From Amoebophrya sp. A120 (Eukaryota > Protista > Dinoflagellata), in the NCBI GenBank assembly GCA_905178155.1, contig CAJINV010000007.1, positions 814,627 to 878,626 on the forward strand: a stretch of 64,000 bases of DNA, in the 5' to 3' direction. Within the stretch, counting starts at the first letter, position 1, and every line of letters begins with the position of its first letter. The notes under the pieces are model-generated. The model was not told the origin of the DNA and searched no databases. It saw only the letters and a list, made by a program, of their open reading frames with translations. Made by a program: the position numbers and the translations under genes. Positions 24,701 to 36,863 of this stretch are shown piece by piece.

Positions 24701-26667
24701 TTGTAATGCAGAAATCCTACGGGAAAACACCTACTCAACGAGGCTCCTATGCATATCCGGCATGACAGAGCTTGTCTGTCTTGCTCGGTGTGCAACACAA
24801 TGTGTAACTGTAAAACTTTTTTCTTGCGATACCAAGCCGCGTTGGACTACTGCAAGGACAATGATTACTTAGAGGAATTGGAAAACCACGTGCACTATGA
24901 ACTGCAAAAGTATCGTACTCGTATACATGCATTACAAATTCACTCGGCATGAGAAATAAAATGCGTAATGCTGATTTACCTGAAGAAAAAGATTTGTAAT
25001 GCATGACTTTACAATACGAGTGCGATACTTTTACACAGGATATGCACCAGTGGGCGGAGCAAGACCACGTGACCGGGAATCTGAACAAGGAAAAGTGCAC
25101 CAAGTACCACACTTTTGCCCCGCCGAAGAAACTGTCCGAAGATGACGTCGACGGAGAGTTATCCTTCGTGGAAGCGGCGGAAGGTGAGAACACGACTGGA
25201 GCAGGTGCGGAGTCATCTGTGGTCGGAAGAGTGGTCCCGGACGAACTTGGGATTGGTTCGGACTTGATCTTTCCGCCGATCGGAGGTTGCTCCAGTACAA
25301 CTTCATCTACCAGCAAGACGAGCTCTACGACCAGCAAGAACACGACCAATGCTGCGTCGATGAACAGCAACTCCAAGACCACCTACCACACAGCGTACGG
25401 AACTACAAGCGGGTCCTCCTCCGTGCGAAATGGCGGCGCGTCTACCACTGTGAACCACAGATTTCTCGGGTCTTCTTCCATGAAAAAGGGAAAAAAACAA
25501 GCTACTGCGGGAAGTGGTACGAGCATGACAAACAGCAAAACGTCGAAAAATCACCACCTTGTTCAACATCCTGAGTCCGCCGTGAAAAAGTTCGTGGACA
25601 CGCTGTACTCTCCGGAACTGGAATATGGCATTCTCAAACGTTACATTCTCAAGTTTTAGACGAACTTGTCATGCAAAACTAACTTAAGCTGCATAAGCCG
25701 CCAGATAATCAAGCTGCTTCGCATGACAAATCTCCGAGACGCTAAGCAGCATCTAAATTCGTGCCAAATCTGTGATGCGAAAGCAGCAAGCTTACCCCTT
25801 TGACTGTTGCCATTCTTGCATTGCAAATTCATGTAACAGTTGAGAATGTAAGAGTTGAGAACGCCATATGGAACTCGTTTCCCCAGACTCCTTCGGCTGT
25901 TCTCCCGGTGGCTGCAGCGTAAACTCGGTGAATATCGCACGAAAAAAGTGTTTCACTGTAAGGATTTTGCAGGTTTTGCATCACAAGTTTGTTTTACATG
26001 ACAGCGGAAATTTGCCATGCGGCGTTCTTAAGGGAAAACACAGCTAGAAATCCATTGTCTTGCATGTATAGCATGACACACACTTCTGCGATCCATTTTC
26101 TGCATCACAAGTTCACAGTGAAACGCTTTTTTCTCGCGATTGTGAACTCGTACTCGGTGATCGGCTCTTCCGTATCCTGTGCAAAAGTATCGTACTCGTA
26201 GTAATTGCAGTCATGCATTACAAATTTTTTTGCTAAGGTAAATCCGCATGGCAAATTTTAGTGCTCATGCTGAGGGAATTTGTAATGCATTTATGCGAGT
26301 GCGATACTTTTGCAATGCATAATCCGGAAACCGTCGCGATTCCATGGTGACTGCCGGTTCCGCGTTGTCTGCGAATAGCATGGACGGCGAAGATGAAATA
26401 AATAACGAGCAGGACGTCGCTGGGTGCTGTCATGGGGAGACCACCGAAGATCGGGATGAACAGGATGTGTTTAAATCGACAGAGAAGGACTACCTCTTCC
26501 CCGAAGACAACATCGACGCGATTACGGGAGGCGGTTTGGGAGCGAAAGTAGCAGGAAAGAAAGACGAGGACCGGGAAAGTGACACTGAGGGGGAACACGA
26601 ACAGGAACAACCGTCCATTGTCAAGTCGCTTATCAAGGAGATGTTGGGAGCGGGTGGGGACAAGTAG
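12768..26667 (+). CDS. Large hypothetical low-complexity protein (N/Q/G-rich N-terminus, PG-rich region, helical domain at ~20.8-25.1 kb), ~28 exons
   Basis: One continuous frame after removing 23 introners and 4 GT-AG introns (14160-14321, 14409-16207, 17734-17901, 21822-21937). Confidence 0.7.
12782..13017. mobile_element. Introner family D
   Basis: DR GCCAA; opposite orientation to 11259. Confidence 0.9.
13659..13835. mobile_element. Introner family E
   Basis: DR CAAAA; almost fully palindromic. Confidence 0.9.
14521..14790. repeat. Inverted GGGGTATGTTC / CATACCCCAGACA short-unit repeats
   Basis: Visible 11-12 bp units in both orientations. Confidence 0.8.
14890..15931 (+). repeat. GC-rich tandem array, ~96-bp unit, ~11 copies
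   Basis: Unit contains the CGCGGGGAC-tcg-GTCCCCGCG hairpin followed by TCATGAC-CTAG. Confidence 0.92.
16429..16860. mobile_element. Introner family B with internal insertion
   Basis: DR CTCCC. Confidence 0.9.
17090..17357. mobile_element. Introner family B
   Basis: DR TGCTT/CGCTT. Confidence 0.9.
17950..18175. mobile_element. Introner family D
   Basis: DR CACAG. Confidence 0.9.
18455..18598. mobile_element. Introner family F (TGCAAAAGTATCGTACTCG)
   Basis: DR CCCAG. Confidence 0.9.
18713..18987. mobile_element. Introner family B
   Basis: DR GGACT. Confidence 0.9.
19095..19303. mobile_element. Introner family G
   Basis: DR GGAAA. Confidence 0.88.
19382..19603. mobile_element. Introner family H (GAAAAAAGTGTTACAG)
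   Basis: DR AGAAT/AAAAT. Confidence 0.85.
19844..20054. mobile_element. Introner family H
   Basis: DR GAAAT. Confidence 0.9.
20103..20263. mobile_element. Introner family H-like
   Basis: DR AGTAA. Confidence 0.88.
20970..21225. mobile_element. Introner family B
   Basis: DR GAAGG. Confidence 0.9.
21300..21565. mobile_element. Introner family B
   Basis: DR CTGGA. Confidence 0.9.
21624..21768. mobile_element. Introner family F
   Basis: DR TGCAG. Confidence 0.9.
21960..23724. mobile_element. Introner family F carrying 1.6-kb nested element
   Basis: DR CGAAG/CGAAG. Confidence 0.88.
22009..23616. mobile_element. 1.6-kb non-autonomous TIR element nested in an introner
   Basis: ~48-bp imperfect TIRs (core GCATATTTGCAAAATGTAG), ATTTA direct repeats at 22004-22008 and 23617-23621, internal ~52-bp tandem repeats at ~22915-23100. 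Confidence 0.8.
23769..23927. mobile_element. Introner family M
   Basis: DR AATGT/GATGT. Confidence 0.85.
24056..24366. mobile_element. Introner family I (GAAAAATCCCCCCTCCCCATA)
   Basis: DR TGATC. Confidence 0.9.
24414..24574. mobile_element. Introner family F-like
   Basis: DR CAAGC. Confidence 0.88.
24622..24831. mobile_element. Introner family H
   Basis: DR TCAAG/CCAAG. Confidence 0.88.
24896..25042. mobile_element. Introner family F
   Basis: DR TGCAC. Confidence 0.9.
25624..25868. mobile_element. Introner family D
   Basis: DR TGGAA. Confidence 0.9.
25933..26141. mobile_element. Introner family H-like
   Basis: DR GTGAA; ends ATT. Confidence 0.88.
26173..26321. mobile_element. Introner family F
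   Basis: DR TTCCG/ATCCG. Confidence 0.88.
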
Positions 26668-28729
26668 GTTTATTAAAAGTAGTGAAGTGAAGAACGAGCG
26701 GAAGAAGTTTGAATGAGATTGAGGTTATACCGCAAGCTGTTTATATCAAATTCAAAAAGTAACTACTAGAGAATACAAACTGAAATTTTGATGGAAAAGA
26801 CCAGTACAGGGAAACATGAATTTCTGCTGCTGGCAGCGACTTCTTTCTGTTGTCATCGATGAATATGAAAACCACTAGAGAATTTAGGACTTGAGCTTCA
26901 ACTACTAACGTCTCTCTTCACATCTTCTGTCCCATAGAACAACTACCCTCGGTGGAGGTTTACAAAATGCAAAACAGTGCCTAGCAGCTTCCGTCAGCAG
27001 CATAAATACAAACCGCAAATAAAATTTTGATTGCACAGTCGGCAGAGTCTGAGTCGTCGTCACCTCGACCTTCTACCGATTTCTTCGTTTAGACTCATAG
27101 AACTTCAACTTTACAGCACAATTTTGAACTAAATCTACTTACAGTAATATACTTACCAGGTTTTTACGAAGTTTTGAAAATAGAAGAAGAACGCACCATT
27201 ACAGCAGGGTAGTGTTTCCAAAATTCGAAAACACAAGACCATTGAATTTCTCGAGCAATTATAAACCGATATTACAGATTCGGATTCGTCCTGCTAGTAT
27301 AACTTCGGCGAGCAAATGCTTTGACAGAGCAAGACAATTTAGATTTACGAGTTTCGATACCGTTAAAGGAACTTATCTTTGCGCCTTCAAAAAGGATAAT
27401 GACAAAGAAGCAACATCTTACCTTCTTGTTTACTTTTTTTTGGTGCAACGCGAACTCGCTTTACTACTAGTAGTAGGTGTAGGCCGATGAAAAATTATAG
27501 ACTGACAACTTTTTGTCAAAGAACTTTTTACCGGAGGACAAAGATCTCGCTGCTTCGCACCCAGACGGTGTTGCCAGGCGCATTTTCTGTGCGTTTGGTC
27601 ATTAATATGCGAATCAAGCAGTCGAGCTTTTAACTCACACATCATATCTAACGAGAACTCAAACTGATTACTTTTCCTTATGCTTTTACTTCTACTTTTA
27701 CTTTAGCAATTCGTTTCTCGGTTGACAACTACTTCTCGAACTGTTTACGGTTTTACCCACATCGTCTTCAGATTTAGACATCAAGTTTCGCTTTACAAAA
27801 TTGAAAATTCATTGCCACTGCGTGGCGCTATACTTTAAGAATGCTGGTGAGGATTTACAAATACAATTACGTGGCGACCTGCTGATGGATTCCGCATCCG
27901 CTTGCGCAACCGCAGCTGGAACTCCATACCAACCTGTCATAGTCGACTAGCTTAATGAAACTGGGATTTAAAAAGGATTTTACGATGTCAAAAAAGTTTT
28001 ATCAAAAAATGCCTTGCTACAGTACTGATTTACGATTTTATGAAATTTCTATGAAGATCAAGATTTACCGCCGCCGACGTATCCTGAAGGGGCGATCATG
28101 AAACCGCGCCACCCAATACTTTTCTTCGCATTTCCTTGCGCTCGTTTTGTGAACTAACGACCTGCGTCACCAAGCAGGAGTAGTTACATCAAGGCGGGCA
28201 GACGAGGAACTTGCTGAGATAATTTGCCGCGGTTTTGAAGAAGATTGAGATTCCCTTTCAAGTAGTAATTTCCAAGACTACTTCAACTCCTTTCGTACTA
28301 GACCCTATTTACCGCGACGGACTTATCTACGATCCGGGTCCGTGCCAGAACTTTTTCGTTTCCAAATTTTACAATTAGCGATGAAGAACTTCGTTTCCGG
28401 ATGTTTCGCAGCTCCCCAAATCGGATGGATAGGGACAATAGAACCGAAAATTTAAGGACGTTTCCGTTTCTCAATTCATCGCAATCTCTGAAAAAGTAAA
28501 ATACAGTGTGGAGGCAGCAGGGAAACTACCTTCCTTATGGTGTAGATGGGGGCGCGGTGCAAATCTATCGTGTGTGTTGTCTTGAATCAATAGAGTGGTG
28601 CTCTGTTCATCTTTTTCTGAATTCAGCCACATTTCTGGAGATCTCTGTGACGCGAGACGAAGAGAGTCAGGACCAGGAGGAGCGGTAGAAAACTTCCGAA
28701 AGTTGACACGCTTACAGCTTCCCCGATTA

Positions 28730-30130
28730 TAAGAAGGCCGGAGCGCTCTGGTTTGGCGCTCGTTAACTCTGCGCGGCGCCGCCCTTGGGCTTGAGACCGG
28801 GCGAGCACTCAAGCAGGGAAACAGTTTGCGCAAGAGCCCCCCGGGTCCGGTCGGAGGGGGGCCGCAGAATCACCGCCGTCGGCTGGCGTCTCCGTACCCG
28901 GGTGAGGCCATTGCGAAGCAGTTGGGCCAACCGCCAGTGGGTGAGTGTCCGCCGTGGTCGGCAAAAACGTCGGGTCGCAGCCAGCGCGCTGCCAGTACAG
29001 TTGCGCCACGCACCTCTTGGCCCCTGGCTGGCCGGGCCGTTTCTTTTCGGGGGAGCGAGGCCGTCTGCCCGGTGCGCGGGCGCGCCCTTTGCCCGAGCCC
29101 CCGCCCCCATCGTGGTGAAGGTATTGCCGCCGTGGCTCATAGGGCCGATGGGCTCTGGCGAGCGTCTGCGTCTCGCCTTTGGCGGGTTTGGGGCGGGGTG
29201 TGGCCCCACCGTAAAAACTCTGGGCGGCTGATCGAATGGGCGCCGCCCGCCCGGCTTGGATGGTTTGGGCCGGCGCGCGGCCCCCGGCTTTCGGGACTGG
29301 TCGGAGGGAGGTATCCCCGTCTTCGCCGACTGAAGGCGAAAGCTAGCACGCCGCGGAACCAGCAACGCCCGGAGCAGCCCTGGCGGCCCTGTTTTGGCTC
29401 CTATCCTGTGGCGCCTGTTGGCCTCCCACGCAGACACCCGGGAGGTCAGTGGCGGGCACGGCGTACATTTTGGGCAGCCGGCCCCGTTGTATATGCGGCC
29501 GGGGGTGCGTAGTTTCAGGGCCCAGCGGGGTCATTTCCTTGCATGCCCCGCCCCGCCCCACCGTGTGCAGCGGCCCCGCGCGCCCCGTCAATCTACCGGT
29601 GCCCGGCTGCCTACTTGGGGCCCGGTGGGCTGGTCCTGCCCCGTTGGTATTACTGATTGGCGTGCGCGAAGGCCTTGGCGCCTGCCTCCCGCCTGGGGCC
29701 TGCTCGCTCCCTCAGTGTTTTTATGTCAGCGCGCTTTCGGGGCGTGCGCGTGCTTCGTATGTCCGTCTGGCGCCGCCTCCATCGACAGTGAGTTCCTGCT
29801 CGTGGCCGGCCGCAGCCCGCAGCCATTCATAGGCTCCGTCGTGAGTATTGTCTTGCCTGGTGTTGATCATCCGCACGCCTGTTGGGCCTAGGCCACGTTG
29901 CGCGGTGTCCTGCTCCGGGGCCGACCTCTCCTTGGCGTTTGAAGGGTCGTTCCGCTTGTGGTTTTCACCTGATGAACAAAAATGTTGTTGAGCCGACCCT
30001 TACAGGGGCGCGCAATCTTTGTGCCCGAGCGATGTGGTATCTCACGAAGTGCAGCAGGTTGGCGCTCCACGAAGTGCAGCCGTTGCGATGCACGTTGGTT
30101 GGTACCGACGAGGATGAGTGGCTGAGACGG
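28730..30130. repeat. GC-rich island, probable unclassified mobile element
   Basis: Sharp composition shift versus AT-richer flanks; overlapping non-protein-like ORFs; ends not defined. Confidence 0.35.
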
Positions 30131-30559
30131 AGTTTCAAGTGAGTTGCTCAGCAATATGTACGTATCTTTGTGTTGTAGTTGCCGCAACAACACAAAGATA
30201 CAACATACGCACCCGTGAGAAAGCTGCGGTCTTCCCGCGCACGTTTTTACTTTTAGCTGTTGATCTTGGTGATTTCTCTGAGCATCCCCGTCCACTGGTG
30301 GCGGGAGCATGCGCACCAAAAGAGAAGCATCGCACCTCGTATGGAAGAAAGGGCCCAAGCCAACCAACGTAGAAATGCACTCCGTTTCGTTCTGACAGAT
30401 ATCGGCCAGGGGAAGGCCAAACTGTAACGCCCAGCCAGCGCAAGAGCCGGAGAACGTCTAACATTCACTACCGTGCGACGCCTTATTGCGCACTGACAGG
30501 CTGACTCGGGATTGCTCTTGCTGACTGAAGCATAACACCGCGGTCTTCACACAACAGGA

Positions 30560-33500
30560 GTGCGAGTGGCCACAGTGGTCTCCGCAGCTAGCTACCACCT
30601 GTGGACAAAGCAAGCAGGGCAAGGCGAAGCCATTGCTGAACGAAGACGAAACTGCAAACACCTACAATTCAGTGGTGACAGACTACAACTGGAGCAGCTG
30701 CTCTTCGCAGAAGTAGAGCAGACTACAGTAAACCGCAATCAAGAAGATGTCGTCCGCATCAATAAATGGAATTTTCGCCGCGAGCGGCGAAAACCCCTAC
30801 ACGGGAATCATGTCCGGCGACCCAGACAGGACGTGGCAGAGGAATCTGAAAAGCGCGGATATGGCGTATAGAACTTGTTTTCATACTACTTAGTACGTAA
30901 AACTAAAAGTTTATTCAGGATAAACGACCATGGTACGCCAGCCTGCCTCGCATGGCAAATCGATCTACTTCAAATCTACTATATCACCAGCACAACCACA
31001 TCAAAAAAACAGCCGCCTCTCCCTGACGAAACGAAGGCTCTACGACAAGTCAGACCCACGATACGCGGCACAGTATATGCGATTGAAGCTGCACAGCAGA
31101 CAAGCCAGGTCTAGCCGAAGCGTCGAGTCGGCGCAGTCATCGCTGTACGATTTAGACGCCTCCTATGGATGTGTCAGGATCGAAATCGACAAAATCGAAA
31201 AATTTGTGATGCGTAAAATGTGGGGCACTGAAGGCCTGTGTTGGGGTTGGGGAGCATGCAAATGAGACCGATTGTAAGCCTGTTCAGGGGTACACAATGT
31301 GCTGCCAGAGTAGCACTACAGGAGGAGTCTTCTTTGCCCAAACAGCATGACAGACTGGATTTGGGTATTCCCGAAATTAATATTTACATTGCTTGACTTC
31401 CAGGTTCTGGTAACGCATACCCCTGGCGACAGGTGGCCTCGACAGGTGACCTCGACAGGTGACCTCGACAGGTGACCTTGACAGGTGACCGCGACAGGTG
31501 AACGCCCTGCCTTGCCCCACTAGTGCCTCGCGCACTAAGCCACTATGCGCGCGCCTGGTGTGAGGCGAGGGGCGGACGCTGCCCGCCCCGATGCCGAACA
31601 CCCTCTCCCACTAGCGCCACTAGGGACGGGCACAAGGCCCCAGCGTGGGGACCCTGTCCCCACGCTCGGGTGGGCCTTGTTTGTCATGCGCCACTTGGAA
31701 ACTGAGGCTTCAATTGACTTCGATTTTATGCGTCACAAATTTTTCGATTTTGTCCATTTTGATTCTGACACTTCCATACCTCAGACACGGAATGGAGCAA
31801 AAACCCCATGCACAGGTGTATCCTGTGCACAAGTATCGTACTCGTACGTTGTAATTGCAGGCATGCACGACAAATCTGATTTTCAAGGTAGAATAGCATG
31901 ACAAATTTAATTTTTCACGCTGAAAAATTTTTTAATCCGATTCATACTAACGTGTTAGTACGGTACTTTTGCAATGCATAAGGTGGAGCAGAAAACGATA
32001 CTCCAGCTTCTGGCCGCACGAACACACGCTCAGGTTGGAGCATCATGCGAACAGGTAATGAGTCGTAGAGCGTGGTTCTGAACAGAGCGATGGTTTTTGT
32101 TGCATGTTGACCTGCATGTTGAGGAGAGGCGAATGCGTTTGATGTTTTTGTTTTGCGTCAGTAGTTGGTTCTGGCTCACAAAAATGTACACCATCACAGC
32201 CTCCGATTCCCCGAGGCCAACAAACCCTCGATGGTGCAGAACAACGCGAATCACAATGCCCCGGAGATTATGAACTGCAAATATGTTATCTGGGTCTGGA
32301 AGAATGCAACTTGTGATGCTGTCTTTGGATTCTAAAAAAATCTGTATTGCTTGAGTGACCAGTAAGAGGAGTCCAGTTTGTGCTATGTGGAGAGGGCATT
32401 TCTCCTGCGGTATCGGAATCAGGAAGCCCACTAAAAATCTGTGATGCTGGGTCATGCATTACAGGCGTCATGGGTCAGGCACAATATGCACGACAAACCT
32501 TGCAATCTTCCAGACCCAGACATTATATATGCAATGCATAGAGATGATTCCTGAGGATTGGTCGCCACGAGACAGTACCTTCTCCGGCACGGGGTGGCAC
32601 CGCAAGTCGATAACGAGGGGTGGGGAGTACAGCCCGAACAGCAAAACGGGGAAATTAGAAGCGTTTAAGGTGTCCCCGCGAAGCCCGCACCACAAGAACT
32701 TACACCAGGAAATCCACGGAGACGCGTACGCGAGCGACATGAGCGGGCTGATAAATGTGAATGAGTCGGACGTATCCTGTTGTGAACCAAAAGTACGTAG
32801 TATCGCACAATCGTGGTTCTGCATGACAGAGTTTCTTTCTGTAGCGAAACCTGCATGACATACTCGATGTTTTTTTGTTTCCAAGAAATTAAAATTTGTG
32901 ATGCAAAATTATCTACGTACTGTGCGATAAAGTACAAGTTTGGCAAGTGCATAGGACGACCTGCGGAACGACTTTAGTCAAGATTTCTCTATGCAAGGAA
33001 AAAACTGTGTATAGTGTATACTTTATTGTTGTGCAGGCCGCGTTGCAATACAGTTACACTTGTCATGCTGGACGTGCATCAGAGGCTATTTTCATACGTC
33101 TTTTCGCGTACTTGCTACGCATGACAGGTTTTCTCTGTCATGCAAAGCAAATCTGTAATGCTGTTCCTGCAAAAAAGTTACTCTTACACGCTTTTTTTCT
33201 TGGATATTCTCCCAGTTTAGTTCCATGTACGACCCGGGGGAGATGCAGAATATGGCCTTCAGTGTCGGAGTGGGGACGACGGGGGTATAGATAAAAGAAG
33301 AAATTCGCTTTTATGCATGACAAAAGCGGTATTTACTGCAGAACCCCGCATGACAAATCGAACATACAAAATCATATCAGCGCGGCTCCCGCGGCTACCT
33401 AGTGAGCAGAACGGCGGACCGAAGACCACAGACCACGCCGATTTTAGCTTCGAACAACGGGAGGTCAGTCAGGGTATCGAGAAACGTACAGTTCCAGGGC

Positions 33501-35553
33501 AGTTACGTGAACAACAGGACAAGGTATAGCGGATGTTTGTCTTGTTTGTTTGTCATGCGTACAGAGAAGCAGCGCTCCTGTTTGTCATGCATGATTATGA
33601 TGATGAGCGCATTTGAAGCGTAAATATAGTTGACTGCTATCACAGACCAACCGCCTCGCGCTTTAACGCCCCAGGATTCGACTTCGGCACCGCGTACGAC
33701 AAGGCGGGCTTCAGCGGCTACCGAGCGGGTATGCATTGCAAAAATGTCTGGGTCTCAAAACTTGTGATGCTAAATGGCCATCATGATTGACTGTGCCCTT
33801 AAGTGCAGTGCAGCATGACAAATTTTTCATCAAACGCTCTGTCGTGCGCAGGACGCATTACAACCTGCGTTTTTGCATGACGAAAGTGGGGTGCTTTATT
33901 TGCTGCTTATGCAACACAGTTTTTTTTTCCAGACCCAGACATATTTGCATTTGATAGCGGGGAATTACCCGTCTACCTCCGATATTGACGGGAACGACGC
34001 TCATGGTCACATTTACGACAGGAAAGAGATGTTGAAACTCGACAATGCTGTTAGGAACAAAAACGTCTCCGGACACGAGTGGGGCAGGAAACGCGGAAAT
34101 TGGTTCGAAAGGAGGGTAAACGTGGTGGACCACGCCTACAACGGGATGTGGCCGGAGGTATAATTTTTTTACCGATAATTTTTGTTTTTGCATGGCATTC
34201 GCAATAAACCAGTCTTGCAGCTGTTCTGCCATCAACCAGCATGACACGAGTAGATTGTCGAAACTTATCCACTTCTTGGTATTTGTAATACAGGATTGGT
34301 CTCCCGTCGGGAAACTTTCCGCCATGCAGAAACAGCACCGCGAGGTAGAGATGAACAACGAGAGGAGAATATCCTCGGTAAAAACGTCCCCACCTCATAG
34401 TCAAGATGGGAAATCTGCTAGACAAATCTACCTACTTAGGGTGTTGCGCATGACAAGATCGGCGTCGTGCTGTCATCCTGTTTACCTCGTTCACAAGCAT
34501 CACAAATCTAGCGCACCATGCTGATTGGAGCATTTATAAATTCCAAAACGCGACTAGAGGATGAATACCTGTCATGGGGCTCCGCATGAGAAACATTTTG
34601 GGCATGCGTTTCCGCATGACAACGAACTCTGGGGTGGGGACGTCTTTACTCAGGATTGAGAAAACGAGCCAACGACGCTTTGTGGGAGAAAACCATGCGA
34701 AGACTCCGCGAAACGCGCATGTACGACGATTTTCACTCCTCCAAATTCTACAAGCGAAGCAACAAAGCAATGCAAAGATCCCTCACCATCGACATTCCCA
34801 CCGCCGGCGACAAATATGCAGGAACGCTTTTGCGACCGATGGAGAGCGGCAATCCAGTATTAGCATCATCTTCTTCACCAGTGGTAAATAAAGCCGGTGG
34901 AGGAGGTGGACCCCCGTTGACAAAAGACTCCGACTATACCAATGGACCGCTAATGCCATCTTCCACTCACGCTGGCGGGAAAACAACGGACTGCGAATCA
35001 GTTTTCTCCATGAACCCACAGCACAACCGGAGTCAGCAGCTATCCGATATCCATTGCAAATACGTCTGGATCTGGAAAGGTTGAACCTGTATTGCGTGTA
35101 TCGCATTCCAAAAAAATCTGTATTGCAGCAACAAGAAAAGGGCCGCACTTTCGTCATGCAAAATGGCAGTTGGTAATGCGTGCTGCGCATGAGAGAGCGT
35201 TTGAAAAATTTGTCATGCTGCGCCGCACTTCAAGGCGCGCTCAATCATGACCATTCGGCATTACAAGTTTCCAGACCCAGACGTATTTGCATTTGATATC
35301 CGACACGAGCAAACAATTATCCAACGTCGACGGAGGGGAGAATTTGAACAGTCCAAACAGGAGCCCGAACACCAGGCAGAGGGAAGCGCAGCAACAGATG
35401 ACGGCGATCATGCAGAGTCAGGGATCGGGGAACTTCCCGAATTTGTCAGAAACGAGTAGGGACTCATCTGCTCTGTTCCGGGCAGTAAACAGCCCGGCGC
35501 GATTGTCGAAAGAGCCCCTCAATGTGGCCAGGTCACAGACGATTGTGATGTAA
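30560..35553 (+). CDS. Hypothetical protein, multi-exon (start uncertain)
   Basis: Frame continuous after removing 8 introners and GT-AG introns (30866-30941, 32034-32199, 33285-33380, ~33524-33645, 34158-34293). Confidence 0.6.
31164..31778. mobile_element. Introner family A with nested Helitron-like insert
   Basis: DR CCTCC/CCTCA. Confidence 0.88.
31377..31679 (+). mobile_element. Mini Helitron-like element nested in an introner
   Basis: Removal restores cccgaaa|tttgtcatgc as in the sister copy near 60597; no TSD; 11-bp stem hairpin then CTTG; 13-bp tandem repeats. Confidence 0.75.
31819..31980. mobile_element. Introner family F
   Basis: DR AGGTG. Confidence 0.9.
32269..32540. mobile_element. 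Introner family B
   Basis: DR GAGAT. Confidence 0.9.
32773..32953. mobile_element. Introner, F-related
   Basis: DR GGACG. Confidence 0.85.
32990..33206. mobile_element. Introner family G
   Basis: DR TTCTC. Confidence 0.88.
33730..33956. mobile_element. Introner family B
   Basis: DR GCGGG. Confidence 0.9.
34370..34657. mobile_element. Introner family J (TATCCTGAGTAAAAACGT)
   Basis: DR GAGAA; ends ATT. Confidence 0.88.
35048..35298. mobile_element. Introner family B
   Basis: DR TCCGA. Confidence 0.9.
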
Positions 35554-36863
35554 CGGTACTGTTGTCATGATGCACGACAATTGCGATAAATTTTGAAACA
35601 ACAACTTAATCTTTCAAAATGTTGGATTTGGTGCTTGTATGTTTCCATGGTTCTACTGACCTTTGGTGCTTACTGATTTTTTTTCGAATTAGACTCGAAG
35701 CAATAGCAAACTTAGTCAGATAATATTACCTTTTTCCTTTATTTTAGTCGAATTTTATACGAATCCCGGAGCCACAGGGTAGATCAGGAAGAGAATGTCT
35801 ACTTTTGGTTCCGGGTTTAGCGTAGACAAAATCTAACGACCACGTTTATTGCAACTTTTACCTTAGACAATATTTATCTTACAGTTACAGCGAAAGCGAA
35901 AATTACAGAGGCGGTTGAGCAATAGTTTGAGTTTTACCTTTAACAAAACCTGACGGTATGAGGAATTGCTTTCAGATGAAGTGCCAAGTTTCACCCCTAC
36001 AACAGAATGAACAGATCCATCTCCCCGTTTCAACACAGCTACACCTCCTCCCTTGCAAAATTTAAGATAGTGAAATGTCCATTCTTGTCATGGCGAAAAT
36101 GCAAATTTGTTTGATCATATATAACCAAGAGCATGTACTTAGGACTTTGTGCGCTTTTACTACACCTTTGATTGTACGAAAGCTAAATTACCATGAGAAA
36201 TTCATCTAGCGACGCTATACTTTTAAAAAGCCCATACTCGCATGATAAACGTTGCGTCGCCGAATCTCAAAACGACCCTGTTGAAAAAAGTTTGGAAAAA
36301 ATGAATTATGATCACTAGCACGCTCAAAATCCAAACCAAAAGCAGCTGGTTTGCAATCCCTTGCGTGACGTTTGTTTTCACCAAACTTGGTGCAATATAA
36401 CGAGAAAAAGAAATGAAGATCATCCGAGAAAAGGCGCGAGTTCATCAAATTTGCAAAGCAGCTACTTCCATGAAAGTCGCCAAACCAAAAATGCGCAATT
36501 TTAACCGGACAAAAGATCCGCACGCGATCCCTGTAAAGACATCAAAATCTTTTCTCCGTGGCCATAATAGCGGTAACAGTTACAATTTTTTTTAGTAGAG
36601 AGCCACAGCGCGTCCTCTACCGGTTTTCCATGATTTTCACGCAGGCAAGCGAACGAATTATTTTGTTGAAGGTCGACACTGATCATGCATCAATCTACGC
36701 ATACTAGAAATTGTTTCTGTACTAGCACGACGAGAATCATCAAGCGATTTCAAGACCAGAGGAACAATTTTTCTCGTGGTCACGACGATTTCTGTCGATT
36801 GAGTAAAAGTTTGAACAAGGTCTACTTCTAGGGACGACTAACAAAAACACCGACATCAACGAA

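Noticed and set aside
28763-29891. Several 130-230 aa ORFs
   Set aside because: Arg/Pro/Gly-rich in all frames, as expected from high GC; no domain recognised.
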